DNA of 64,000 nt from Schizochytrium sp. TIO01 (GCA_004764695.1 SMSO01000008.1:558001-622000), one strand, 5' to 3'; positions 9,882 through 22,155 are shown, numbered from the stretch's first letter. Notes: generated by a model not told the origin, from the letters alone. Numbers and translations are program-made.

Positions 9882-11993
9882 CTTGTAGAAGATCGGATGT
9901 ATTTTTGATGATACTGCAACATGGATGAGAGCTGCAGAGGTGGCACAGAGCGAAGCAGTATTTAAACGAGAGAACAAAGAACTCAGACAGAGGGAAATTA
10001 ACTTCTGCTAAGGTATCTATCTGTACCTCGCAGACTCAACGCCACGAGTCATAACAAAGACCTAGAACTGCAAAGAGGTTGCGCATTCATGACATACATG
10101 CATATAAAAAAGATGGCTGTATAGTACTACTGTTAATATCGCTACATTCTTGCAATAAAGTTAGTTTACAAACGATATCCTATAGGTATGTGTCGTGCAT
10201 GTTGATATCACGCCGCATTACATTTCAACTGTCCGTGAACGATTTTGACTCATGGCAGACGCCGTTTTTTTTTTGTTGTTTCTTTCTAAACAGACCTTCA
10301 GACAATTGCTCACATGCCTGCATAGTAGGTAACGTCATGAAGTATAAGGCGGGAACTAGTCGCTGTAGATTGCAAGTGACTTGAGAAAAAACAAAAAATA
10401 TTTAAGGTTGTACGAGATTAGTCTTGACATACTACAGAAGAGTCTTTGGTGGAGTAGAACGAAACTGGAGTTCCAAGTCGTGATATGATAATGATGAAAG
10501 TCAAATTAGCTCTTAGTTTTTTCATCTGGGTCGTTCTAAAGGTGATTCTAGAACTTAGCTAAGATTTCGAGTTTTACGTCTTAGCCTCACTTTTGCGCGA
10601 AATTCTTCTGAAGATGTTGCAACTCTTCCAAACTTTTAGATGGACATTTGAAAATTGCTCTCCTTATCTCGAAGGAAGAATCCGTCTTTTGTAGCTCTTT
10701 CATGTACATAATTTTATTTAAAATAATGTTCCTGAGTATTTTCCCATGGATTTGAGACTGTATGTATCAAGAACGATCCACTTGCCAATAGGCTCAACGA
10801 AGCTCATGTTGAGGTTTTTGGTTCCCGTGCATCCAGTGCCACACTCGTCCTCTGTGTAAAAAACTAGAATACTAGATTTTAATAACGCAAATGTCTGGCA
10901 ACAAAACCATGTGGATTGGTATGTCGTACTCCTACACGAATGAACTTGACCAGGTACAGCATTCCGAATTTCGATGGTTGCACACGGAAGGATTATGTAG
11001 GATGTCATTGTTGACCAAAACGCGCTTTAAAACAGAGAGTAACTTCAAGGCTATTAAAGCACTAATTTGGATATTGCAAAGCCAGTGGACCCCGGCGAAT
11101 ATCTGACTGAGCTGCTGAGAAAGTAATCGAGATCCTGTCAGACAATAGGATAGGAATTAAAATTTTCAATGCCCCGGCTATTTAGTCGAGACAAGATGGC
11201 TGCCAATATACTTGGAGTCTTGTTCCTCAAGTGAAATCTTGATGGAAATCGCATGCGGATTGACGAAAGGGCGGACGGTCTGAAACTTGTAGGGCTTAGC
11301 TATGCTTGATTCAAAAAGAGATATGGAGTCGAGTAGATGGTATGTTGCTGTCAATGAGGAGAAAGATACGCTAGGGGATATCCTCGAGTCTTCATACAAA
11401 CGTGAAGAAAGCTTGCAGCAGCGTTGTACTAGCTACCGATCTCAATCAGGATGAAGTCAAATAGGTGATGAATAGTGAGTAAGTAGAAAGAGTAATTGAA
11501 AACATGTTTCTGATTTCGACTAGCAATAGGTTAATTGATGAGCGACGCTTGCTCAATCTTGAACAGCAAGGTTCTTACAGGTGAATTGAAAATACTAATA
11601 AAGTAATCGTCATTTCAACTACGATCACCGGATCAGGAGCCAGAAGAACGCGTTTCAAAGGTTTTGCACATTGTGAGTTTCTCTCATCGATTCGGCGTAT
11701 AGAAAGCATTGATTTTGATGTAGCTCATGATGATGCAGGTGACAAGCTCATATCCATTATTTTGGACAGAGAAACCTTCCAAGAACCGATGATCGAGGGC
11801 AGGATGGGATGCAATGGGGCTAGATAGAAGAAGGTAATAGAATGGAGTGGCTTGTTTGTTTTGTTTTGCTTTTTCTAGATGAAGAGCTCTTGCGAGAAGA
11901 AGTGTGGAGGGGTACAGGGGGGAAGAAGGATGAGGATTGGTGAGAAATGACTCTCTACATAACTAAGAAAAGATAAAAGATCGCACAGGTTTT

Positions 11994-12383
11994 TTAATGC
12001 TGGCCCTGGCCCTTGGTGAGGCGGCCCATGACGAACATGCTGACGTCAAGGTAGCGCTCGGCGCAGTTGCTGATGCAAGAGGTCTCAGAGCTGCTGAGCT
12101 TGGCGTCGGGGCGGCCGACGCAAGTGTCCCAGCACATCTCGGAGAGCTTGGCGATAGCGGCCTGGACGACAGCGCGCTGCTGCTCCTGCTCGAGAGCGGC
12201 GCGGAGGGCGGCCTGGGAGTTGCCACCATAGCCACCAGAGCTAGGGGCGGAGTAGCTGCTGGAGCTGAAGTCAGCGCCGGAGTCGAAGGAGGAACCGGTG
12301 TTGTCAAAGCTGGAGCTGCTGCCGTAGTCGCTGCTGGAGCTGCTGCTGGAGCTGCTGGAGCCACCGCCAAACCAAGAAGACAT
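11994..12383 (-). CDS. TIM8: Mitochondrial intermembrane-space small Tim chaperone (Tim8 type) with Ser/Gly-rich N-terminal extension
   Basis: Twin CX3C motif CWDTC...CISNC. LEQEQQRAVVQAAIAKLSEMCWD and ERYLDVSMFVMGRL resemble Tim8 more than Tim13. Strong C-ending codon bias. Confidence 0.88.
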   Translation of the reverse strand: MSSWFGGGSSSSSSSSSSDYGSSSSFDNTGSSFDSGADFSSSSYSAPSSGGYGGNSQAALRAALEQEQQRAVVQAAIAKLSEMCWDTCVGRPDAKLSSSETSCISNCAERYLDVSMFVMGRLTKGQGQH

Positions 12384-13221
12384 GATGCTTTGTTTTGTTT
12401 TGTAACTAGACTTTGCTTGCTGAGCTAAATATCACCATCATGCACATTTCATGAGATTCGACCAAAGCATGCAACGTGGTGTACGAACAAATTAATTCAG
12501 ATATTCACGAACCCACAGGCCCAAGGGTTGAGAAAATTGCATACAATCGCATGGTCGTGGTGACACAGTAATTAAGATGCCAGATCAACAGAGCGAATTC
12601 CAGATAGACATTCACGAGAAAAAGTCATGGGGTCCACCAGGTGAAGCAAATTCCACGAACAATATGGGCAAAAGCATGTCACAACATTGCGACATCACAG
12701 TGATCAAATTTCATGTATTTTCATTCAGAGAGCTCTGTTAGTCTTTCATTCATTACTTTCGCAAATCCGCCCTTGTCCCGTTTCTTCTCCGCTCGAAGAA
12801 GATCGAAGCTATACATAAAATAATCCCAAAGAAAGGAGCAAAGTTGAAGACGGAAAACCCAGAGATAAAGCCAGCATCTGCTGTCCTCGGCCCTGTCCAG
12901 CCTTCGCCAAGCCCCAGCCCTCCTCCCTTATCACAATCCCCGTGTCCCGTCCATCTTGCCTCCACGCTCGGGCTCAAGTTCATTCTGTCATCTCCATCGC
13001 CAGGCATCCATCCATCCATCCTTCCAGACTCCATCCATCCAGCCATGCCGCCATTCGCCGCGCCGCCTTTGCAGAGCACCTCCAAAATCCATTTCGACTG
13101 CAGCAGCCCTTCTCTCCACGCGCTCTTCTCCTGTCTCCCTGCCTGCCTGCCTGCCTGCCTCCGCCTCCGCCGCGCCCTCCTCCGTCGAGCTCCACCTACA
13201 TCGTCAATTTATTCTGCAGCG

Positions 13222-13360
13222 CTTCTTTCTTTCTTTCTCTCTTTCTCTCTTTCTCTCTTTCTTTCTTTCTCTCTTTCTCTTCTTCTTTCAGTCTTCTTCT
13301 TCTCTCGTTCTTCTTGTTCTTCTCTCCCTGTTCTCCTCTCCCTGTTCTTCTTCTTCTGTT
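13222..13360. repeat. Compound pyrimidine microsatellite (TTTC/TC/TTC)n
   Basis: Directly visible low-complexity tract. It explains the S/F/L-rich spurious ORFs here. Confidence 0.9.
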
Positions 13361-14337
13361 CTACCCCGCCGCCCTAGCTGCCGCCTAGCACCCCCTACCA
13401 GCCACTGCTACGCAGGCAGTAGCCATGTCTTACCAGCTGAAGGAGGTGAGTGAGTGTTCTGGACGGACTCTGCCTGTTCCGTTCCGTTCCGTTCGTTCCG
13501 TTCCATCTAATTTGAACGTTCCACAGACGTTCCGTTCTCGTTGTTCTCTTCTCGCAGAGCCTCTGCCCTGGCGCTAGGGGTCAGATAGCGGTACTGGTAG
13601 CACTGGCGAGAGTGGCTGTTCTTAGATGGCACAGTACCCAGTCAGTCAATGCGGGAACGAACGGAATCCACGATTCTTCCGGCTGGCTGCGGCCGGCGTG
13701 GCGTGGCGGGAGCGGGCTGCGGTGCGGCCGTAGGGGACCTACCTGGCCCGGCGTGGGCAGGCCGCGCTTCGCTTAGCTCTGCGCGATCGGCAAGAGCTGC
13801 GAAGATTCCATCGCTGCGCTGGCGGCATTGCGCGCGTCTTTTATTCTTTTCCTACGCGGCTGTATTTTATTCGCATTTGTTTTATTACCCTTTTTCTTCC
13901 TTTTTTGTTTAAATCTTCAATTTTCAATAGCGTTATCATTGTGGTGATGACTCGGATGACTACTCTTTGCTCTCTTAGCTAGTTTAAAAAACTGTGTTTT
14001 ATTTAGTATGATGGTGCTTCGTAAAGATGATTGTTATTGTCATTTTCCAACTCAGTAATGCAAAAGACAGTAATGCAAAAGAAAGTCATTGAATACTCCG
14101 CGACTCTTCTGCTTACTAGTGTGCATATCCTGGCTACATACGCCTAACACTAGGACGGGACTAAGGTGGGTGGGCCTAGGCCTGCCTACGTTGTACCTAC
14201 ACTCGAGAGTAGGCCTCTAGACTCGCGGAGGCTACGGTATTGGATAGGTGGGGGTTAGTGTATGTGTCTTACTGTAAAGGATAGGAGGGCGGCGTCTAAT
14301 GCGCGTTGTCTTTAAATGGAACGTGCGGTTCACGCTC

Positions 14338-14523
14338 ACTTTCTTTCTTTCTTTCCTTCTTTCTTTCTTTCTTTCTTTCTTTCTTTCCTTCTTTCTTTCT
14401 TTCTTTCTTTCTTTCCTTCTTTCCTTTTTTCTTTCTTTCTCTCTTTCTTCTCTTTCCTTTTTTCTTTCCGCGCCCTTTTCTTTTTCGAATTTGGCGGTGT
14501 CGTAGATAGAGAGAGAGAGAGAG
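14338..14523. repeat. (TTTC)n microsatellite followed by (GA)n
   Basis: Directly visible. It generates the KKER/FFLS spurious ORFs. Confidence 0.9.
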
Positions 14524-14932
14524 TCCACGGACCTCTGGAGTTTGGAGGCTTTGGGTTTGACGATGCGAAGAACGCGCGAACCTCAAAGTCGGCGGCGGCG
14601 ACGACAGCGGAGAAGGATCTGGAGAGGACGTTGTGCAGGAGCCGGTGGCAGGCACCTGCATGCGAATGCTTGGCTACATGTCGTCATCAAACAAAGGAGC
14701 GAATTTTGATTGTCCATAATTCACAAATGCCTGAGTTGATTTCAGAAAAGCGGCTTTAGCTAGTTCTTCTTCCTCCGCATTCGGTGCCGCGACAAAGGTT
14801 CTGCAGCTCGATTTCGAAGAACCCGAAGAAAGTGCCTGCGTCCAAGGGCAAGTTCTCGCACGCGCTGCTTCTGCTGCATTTGGCAAAGCCCATTTGCTGT
14901 CACATTCTTCGGATCCAAATGCAAATGCAATC

Positions 14933-15166
14933 GCAATGACATTTGTAATGACATTTGCAATTATATTTGCAATGACATTTGCAATGGCATTTGCAATTAC
15001 ATTTGCAATGGCATTTGTAATTACATCTGCAATGACATTCGCAATTGCATTTGCAATGACATTTGCAATGGCATTTGCAATGGCATTTACAGTTACATCT
15101 GCAATGACATTCGCAATTACATTTGCAATGACATTTGCAATTTCATTCGCAACGACATTTACAATT
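14933..15166. repeat. 12-bp minisatellite, consensus GCAATGACATTT, ~19 copies
   Basis: Tandem units gcaatgacattt / gcaattacattt / gcaatggcattt are visible directly. Confidence 0.92.
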
Positions 15167-15597
15167 GTGTTCAGGTTCTTCGCAGATTCACTACACGAGG
15201 TACTCCTCGACGACGATCAGATCGCCGCCGTGAACGAGGAAGGTGGCGCAACCTTGGTCTCGTCTGCCTCGCTTCAGGGCCCGGAGCTTGAGTTCGCCGA
15301 CACGCACGGAGGCAGAGGTTGAGATCGATCGCAGTGCGTATGGGTTCTCGCAGAGCGAGCTGTCTCGAGCATGCGGCGGCGATGCAAACCCGCAACGAGG
15401 AAGACCAATGTACACGTGCACGAAGCACCACCACGAGAGTAGAGATGGCAATTCGATCTTCACGAGAGGCGGAAGCCTTCAACCGGGCAGTGGAATGAGC
15501 GTCCTTCGCAGCCTCGAATGTCATGGAGGATGTCATGGAGGATGGAGTTTATTCAATGGACACGCATATGCTCAGGTTGCAAAGTCCATGGACGCCG

Positions 15598-15850
15598 CGA
15601 TGAATGAATGAATGAATGAATGAGTGAATAATGAATGAATGTATGAATGTATGAATGCATGAATGCATGGATGCGTGGATGAATGAGGCACCCGTCAATC
15701 AATGCACGTTCCACCGACTCGAAGGCCCGATCAATCCAGATCACGCCAACGAACAATGAGAGCTCCAAAAGCTGCCGACGCATGTTCGCAGTCGTTCTGT
15801 CATTCCGAAATAAACGAATGAATGAATGAATGGAATGGAATGAATGGAAC
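15598..15850. repeat. (ATGA)n-type microsatellite tracts (15598-15685 and 15816-15848)
   Basis: Directly visible. Confidence 0.85.
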
Positions 15851-16433
15851 AAGATGACTACATTGCAATATTGCAATGAAGACCACGGTAGAAATGAAGT
15901 TCGCCCTCGAGAGCTTGCACGAAATGGGCTCCAGCGAGCTGAGCGTAACAGGTCAATAGCTCGAGTGATACATCCCGAGCGTCGGGGAGAAAGGCGTGAA
16001 CTGCGAAGCGGCGATCGAATGCAATCGCTCAACTTCAGCCTACGCAGCAGTAGCAGTCTTAGGCACCTCTATACGTGCTGAATCGCAAAAAGAAAGCGCC
16101 TCATGCTTAATTGAGTGGCCGCCGGTGAATCGGCGAATCTTATGGACCTCCCGGGCCATCCTCTTTAAGGTGAGTCCCAGGCGGGCGCCTCTTCCGCCCC
16201 ACTGAAGAGCTGTGAGAAACCTCCTTAGCACGGGCCTCGCCTGCTTGCGGCAATAGAACCCCCTTAAGGCGGAAGTTTTTCCGGGCACGCGAGAGCCGCT
16301 TCAGCTTGTGTAAGCTTGGGCTGACTTCTTAAGAGTTTCTATAGATTCGACTAGCACCCCCGAGGTGGGTAATCACCAACTAACTGCTAGCTAACTAACG
16401 ATAGCGAGCAACTAACTAAATTCTAGCTAACTA

Positions 16434-16554
16434 CTACCCACTTGTGCGCCGGAATAGTCCACTTGTGGCGACGGATAGTTCACTTGTGATGAGCTATAGT
16501 TCACTTGGAGAGGGGAATAACGCCCTGTGTGGGGTTGTGCACAAGTGGGGTATA
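16434..16554 (+). promoter_or_regulatory. 21-bp-phased array of a TAGTYCACTTG-type motif (4 direct copies plus 1 inverted), ~1.4 kb upstream of the G-alpha gene
   Basis: CACTTG starts at 16439, 16460, 16481 and 16502 (exact 21-bp period, variable spacers). Inverted copy CAAGTGGGGTATAG at 16542. A regulatory role is inferred. Confidence 0.6.
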
Positions 16555-17960
16555 GCGCGGTAGGAGTGGATAGGGGGGCGGTAGGAGGTGCGGAGCGAGC
16601 GGAAAAGAGGGAGAAAGAAAAAAAAAAAAAAGGAAAAGAGAGACTAACAAACAAAGTCAGAAGACCAGCAGCGGCAGGCAGCAGGCAGACAGCCGAGGCC
16701 GCCGCAGCCCGCAAGGCAGCAGCGCAGAAGCCGCCGCAGAAGACGCAACAGCAGAACGGACTCCGAGTTTCGCCACTGGACCGACCCAGGTCGGCAAAAC
16801 CGCCGCCAGTTTGCTCTCGCGCTCGCTCGCTCACTCACTCGCTCATTATTATTGTTATTATTATTCTTCCCTTATTCCTTCCCTCTGTTCTCTTGGTGTG
16901 ACTCCGTGGGCTGCAAATACTCCTTCTCGCTCAGAGCTCCTCGGGCCTCGGAGGCCAGCTCTAGGTCATCCTCGCTGCTCTTCTTCATCATCTCGGGCGT
17001 GCTGCTCGCTCGATTTTGGAGGTAGTCGTGGTCTTTGGGCTTTATTTACTGCTTGGCCTTAACTATCATTTCCTCTGGTATTCACTTTGTTTGGGCTTTT
17101 CTTCACTCGCCTTCGCCTTGGCAGGTCTTCTCGCGATTTAGTTAATCTTACAGACGCTTCGTGCAACTTTAACGATCCTCTCTTAGGACGAGGGGAGACC
17201 AGTTTGGGCGGCGGAAGCAGGTCATAGGAATTGGGACCAGGGCTACGGGAGCTCGGCCTCACTAAATTAGACATTGAATTGGCTCGTCGTTCGGCTGTTG
17301 CGCATCAGGCTTTCAACGTGTGATTTGGAGCAACAGATCCAGCGAGGACCGCTACATAATCTGCTTGCTCAAGGCACCCTATTACAGTAGTGTTGATTTT
17401 CTGCGGCATAGGTTTCCTACTTTTGGGCTCTTACGACTAGCGCTGTAGAATTGGGCTCTCATCAGGATCAAAGTTCGCAGGTGCTGGCACTGGGTAAACA
17501 AGAGGCTGGCGAGTTCTTTTGGTGTCTGCCTCTGCAACGACCTGCACCAATCCCGTTCGTAACGTAGATCATTTTCGCCGGTGAGTTCTGAGGAAAGACG
17601 GCCTCCTCTAGCAAGTATCTCAATCATTTATCAGAAAACAAGATCAGAACCAAGGGTTCAAAAACTGCCGCTGCGACAGACTACTAGTCTTAGAAGAGTG
17701 TTTGCTGTACGCTAGGTCTAGTGAAGTTACCACTGTTATTGAGCTAAGGAGAAACAAAGAAGACACGCCATCTCTAAGGGTCTGAGACGGCTATCCTCTT
17801 GGCTCATCCTTGTGCCAGATTCCATTTTGTCGGTGAAGTCTCTCCGCATTCGAGCATCTACACTGACTGTCTAGTTTGACGTAGTTTCTAGCCTTTTGCT
17901 ACGAACTCACTTACTGTGGAACATTTAACACAAGGAAAAGATCCATAATATTCGAGTATC

Positions 17961-19595
17961 ATGGGCAACTGCGCATGTGGCGGGTCCGGAATGGACAAAA
18001 ATATGAATCGTCTCCTTGAAGACGATGATCCTACCGCCGGCTACAGCTCTCACGGGATGAAACCCATCAAAGACAAAACGCACTTGAAAATTATTCTCTT
18101 GGGCACGGGTAATTCTGGCAAGAGCACCGTGTTTAAGCAGTTCCAACTCATGCACTCCCAGGGAGGATTCAGTGAAGTCGAGCGTAATTACTATCGTACT
18201 TTAATGGTTGAGTCTACAATCATGACAATGAGGAAAATGATACAGAGCGCAAATGATTTGTTATTTGAAGGGGCTATGGGTGACGAGGAGTTTGATCGTA
18301 AATTCGTCGCTAAATTGCAACAGAATGCTCTCGAGCAAGGTCATAATGACGGCGAAAGCATGAATTTCACCGAATTTGTTAATACTGAAGGAGCTCGTGG
18401 CGAAGGCCATGCAAACAGTGGCACCGGCAGTACTTCGAAGGGTGATGATAGCTCAACTCAGCCTAACGGTAAATCAGCAGTGCCCGTATACCACACCAAT
18501 AGCCAGCGGCCATCAGAAAACTCAGAAAGAAGCTCGTCATCCTCAGCATCTACGGGGCGACGCACTGACCTTTCTGAACATGGGTCCGTTCATAGCAGTG
18601 TACACACAGGAGACGTAGAGTTGTTGAGCCAGAACGGCGGCAGCACAGGCTCCATCAACGGTAAAGACCCTAATGGCGCAGACAGGTTTGGTACATCATC
18701 AACTATTATTTCTGACGAAGTGGCCCATCTGGCTGAGATCCTCATTGGACTACCAGAAGGCACACAACTGTACGAAAAGGTCTCAGTCGTGCGCACCTTC
18801 ACCCAAGAAGGCAAGCATGGCAACGAGGAGGTGTCGGAGGAAACAGATCAAATGTCCGTAGCAGATATTGTGCGTATTATTTGGGACGAACCTGTCATTC
18901 AGCGTGTCTATGCCATGGAGGGCAAGATCCCTACCCTCGAAGCCCCTATTGGGTATTACATGGACAACCTGGACCGCATTGCCAGTAAGTCGTTCTCCCC
19001 CTCCGAAGAGGATATGCTGCACGCGCGTAAGCAGACGCGTAAAGTGCAGGAGCTCGAGTTCAAAGTAAAAAACCGGAAGTTTGTGCTAATCGATGTGGGA
19101 GGCCAGCGCATCGAACGGCGGAAATGGATTAATTACTTTGACGAGGTAGATATTATCTTGTATGTCGTCGGTCTCGACGGCTTTTCACAATTGTGTATTG
19201 AAGATGGCAAAACAAACAGAATGCGAGAGTCGTTGGATGTGTTTAGGGATCTCTGTGACAGCCCCTTTTTCAGCGAAACCAACATCATTCTGTTTTTAAA
19301 CAAGGCGGACATTTTCAAGGAAAAGATTAAGAGTATTCCGCTGGACAATTGCTTTCGCTCTTTCCAGGGGCCTAAGCACGACTACGATTCTGCGATCAAG
19401 TATATTTCCAAACGCTTTATCACTACACATGAACGCATTGCACAGCGGAACACTGCTGTCGATGCTCTCCCACCTAAAGTATACCCTTATACAACCGTCG
19501 CGACTGCGACGGAAAACATGTCGCACATCATCAACTCTGTCCAATCTATCTTCCTTCGCAAAGCCATGGAGCAATGTGGCATTGCCGCCATGTAA
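17961..19595 (+). CDS. Heterotrimeric G-protein alpha subunit, atypical, with a large helical-domain insertion (544 aa)
   Basis: MGNCAC myristoyl/palmitoyl N-terminus, LKIILLGTGNSGKST (G1), RKQT (G2), DVGGQR.ERRKW (G3), FLNKAD (G4), TTVAT (G5). Confidence 0.95.
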   Translation: MGNCACGGSGMDKNMNRLLEDDDPTAGYSSHGMKPIKDKTHLKIILLGTGNSGKSTVFKQFQLMHSQGGFSEVERNYYRTLMVESTIMTMRKMIQSANDLLFEGAMGDEEFDRKFVAKLQQNALEQGHNDGESMNFTEFVNTEGARGEGHANSGTGSTSKGDDSSTQPNGKSAVPVYHTNSQRPSENSERSSSSSASTGRRTDLSEHGSVHSSVHTGDVELLSQNGGSTGSINGKDPNGADRFGTSSTIISDEVAHLAEILIGLPEGTQLYEKVSVVRTFTQEGKHGNEEVSEETDQMSVADIVRIIWDEPVIQRVYAMEGKIPTLEAPIGYYMDNLDRIASKSFSPSEEDMLHARKQTRKVQELEFKVKNRKFVLIDVGGQRIERRKWINYFDEVDIILYVVGLDGFSQLCIEDGKTNRMRESLDVFRDLCDSPFFSETNIILFLNKADIFKEKIKSIPLDNCFRSFQGPKHDYDSAIKYISKRFITTHERIAQRNTAVDALPPKVYPYTTVATATENMSHIINSVQSIFLRKAMEQCGIAAM

Positions 19596-21705
19596 TTGAT
19601 TCTTACTTAATGCCAAGTATTTGTTTGTTTTTTTCTAAGTTTTCCTCTTCATCTTGCCTCGTATTTACTACACAACCAATTTTCTAATTTTCGTACTTTG
19701 TAAGAAGCGAGAAGAGGTACAAGATTTGGCTTCATTTCCTTTCGAGTTTTGAGAGTAAATCGAAGTTTCATGTTATGGTGATGGTGACGTTATTTACACC
19801 TCTGCATTAAAGGTTCACATTAGCATGGCAATTTCAATTGATATCAAGCTGGCTAGGGTCATCTACCAAATTTCGACTCTGCATTGATGTTTGCACAATA
19901 GGGCGAGTTCTTACTATTCTAACTTGTACATTTTAATTTTGCACAAAATGGGAATTGCTCAGCATCGAATTTTCTCCTGCAGAGTTTTCGACACGCCGCT
20001 TCTTCTTAGTTATACAGGCACGGTAAAAGGTTAGTCTAAGTCATAGCTCTTCCCTGCTTGCACTTCACTGTCTAGTTCTTTTGCAAAATCAACGCATCGA
20101 CGTTTTCTTCATTCGTGAATAAAGGGAAAGTATAATTCCTTTCAATTCTGCGTGGCTCAGTTACGAACGGATGAGCTCATAATGAAGTAAAGACTGTTTC
20201 AACCGCGAGTGTAGTTTGGGAATTCAAGGTGTCTGCAAGAGAGGTCGGCGCCTACTCTCTCTCTCGTTTTAGAATCGACTTTGGCAAGCGCATACCGATG
20301 TTATCCAACAAATCGTAACCGATGTTTGGCATGCACTGCGATTTAATTTCATTGGGATCTTGTCACTTACAATGGTGATTCGTATATATTTACTTAACTG
20401 CAATGGTGAATTGACGCGGGGCTTTGGAACTTCCTCGATTATTACTATTTTTTGCCAAAGAGTATGTTCACGATGCACGAAAATAAGAGCTTTTGAAGGG
20501 AACATGCCAACATTATCAAGGACCGAGCAATGCTTGAGGTTGAACAACTGTCAATCCATCCAGGTCGAGTGTTGAAGGACACAATAACTTCATCAACTCA
20601 GCACCGTAGATTTTTTAAACCTATTGATAAGAAGAAGTAAAAGATCCAGCTGGTTTCGAATCTTATCATCAGGGCTTTAAGTACGCACGTTTCACCTTGT
20701 CCAAACTGTTCTCTGCTCATGAACAAGCGTTTCTGTTGCATTCATTTAATTCTTTTGATATATATATATATATATAGTTGATTCCGAGTCGTATAAATAA
20801 AACTCTCAGGCTTCAAAAAGAAAGAGTATTAAAAAAGAATTTTTCAAATAAATCTTTAAGCAAAAAAACAAAAAACAAAAAAAGTTAGCATATATAAGTA
20901 TATATGCTTAATTAAAAAGAACATCTTACAAAATTACAAAAATCACTTCAAGTTTCATGAAATGGAATTTTAGAAAAAAGCTCCGAGAAGATCGTTTCCT
21001 TTGGGATTTCCTCTTTTAAAACTCACTTTTAAAAGGACACGGAAGTGTGGGATAAAACAAAATAAAGAAAGCCAATGCAATGATTTGACCGTAAAGTCTT
21101 TTCTTGGTCACCTCCCTCCTTTACTCCTTACTGTACTAACAGTTGGCATCAGTTTCACGCTATAAAACTAACTTCGATGAAAAGCTTCAGGTAAGAAGAC
21201 ATCATTGGACAGGAGCAAACTAGTCTATGGGTGCACACAAACCTAAAATACATGTAACTGTATCTCGTGAAATTGTCTTCACGGCAGCTTCGAGTAACCC
21301 ACACCACGCAAATCTGGTCCTGCAAAATTGCTATTTTAGCAGCGAAAGGTAGCACTTGCAGAAACTACTTGCAGAAATTGTGGAAATCTCGCGTCCTCGA
21401 GAGAGACTAACTATCTATCTATTACCAAGTCGAGGTCAGATAATAGACCTTGCGCTATTTGATTTATGCAAACTTGCAGCAGTTAGCATGTTTTCCTCGT
21501 GAATCCTGTTCATATGTAGAATGGTACGCATTAACATGATAATCTATAAATTAGTCAAGTCGCGATACGAGATAGCCTGCGCGAAGCTTTAGAGCGACGA
21601 GGGTAATAGGAGCCAAGCGTGAAATACAGATATCGAGTAAAGGCTATGTCGCAAGTTGCAACAACCTCAGTGTCATGACCCTTCAACACCAAGTCAATTT
21701 GATGA

Positions 21706-22155
21706 TTCGTGCAGAACGAAGGTGTGTACTGCCGATATGTCTGTGCACGTGTGCTGAAGTTATGGGACATGAAATCCAGCACATCCGTGAGGATCTTCAT
21801 CAACGCTGACATCCTGCAGATACCTACATCCTCTCTGGCTACCAAGGTAGTGTCCTGCTGCTCGTGGTGATTGGTCGGCTCGAGCTTCTTCTTCGTACAG
21901 GCTGTCCACGGTGTGCACCTTTCCCTTCGAGTGCTGCTGTGACGAATGTTGCCCGTCCGCGCAACTGCACTGCGCAGCACACACTCGAGAGGACGCATCA
22001 CCGTTTACTTATTGCGCCTTTCCGCAGATACCTCTGGATACGCATGGACTCTCTGTTGCTCTTTGGCCGTAAGTATATGTTGTGTTTATGTTGTCTGCTC
22101 ACTCATGTACAATGAACAGCGAAGATTTGCGAAGAAAACTTGCCTTTTCTTACAG
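21706..22155 (+). pseudogene. Possible degraded WD40-repeat gene fragment
   Basis: VLKLWDMKSSTSVRIF (from 21751), YILSGYQGSVL and LRTG.../TVCTF occur in different + frames with stops. An intron-like GTAAGT(22069)...TTTTCTTACAG(22155) is present. Confidence 0.35.

Noticed and set aside
10380-11460. Short peptide-like fragments suggesting another decayed gene
   Set aside because: No recognisable motif or consistent frame, so it cannot be supported without a homology search.
11963-12428. Overlapping ORFs 11963-12370(-) and 11997-12428(+)
   Set aside because: Shadow frames of the GC-rich, codon-biased TIM8 gene.
12753-14759. Many ORFs rich in S/F/L or K/E/R
   Set aside because: Translations of (TTTC)n, (CCTG)n and (CATC)n microsatellites with no domain signal.
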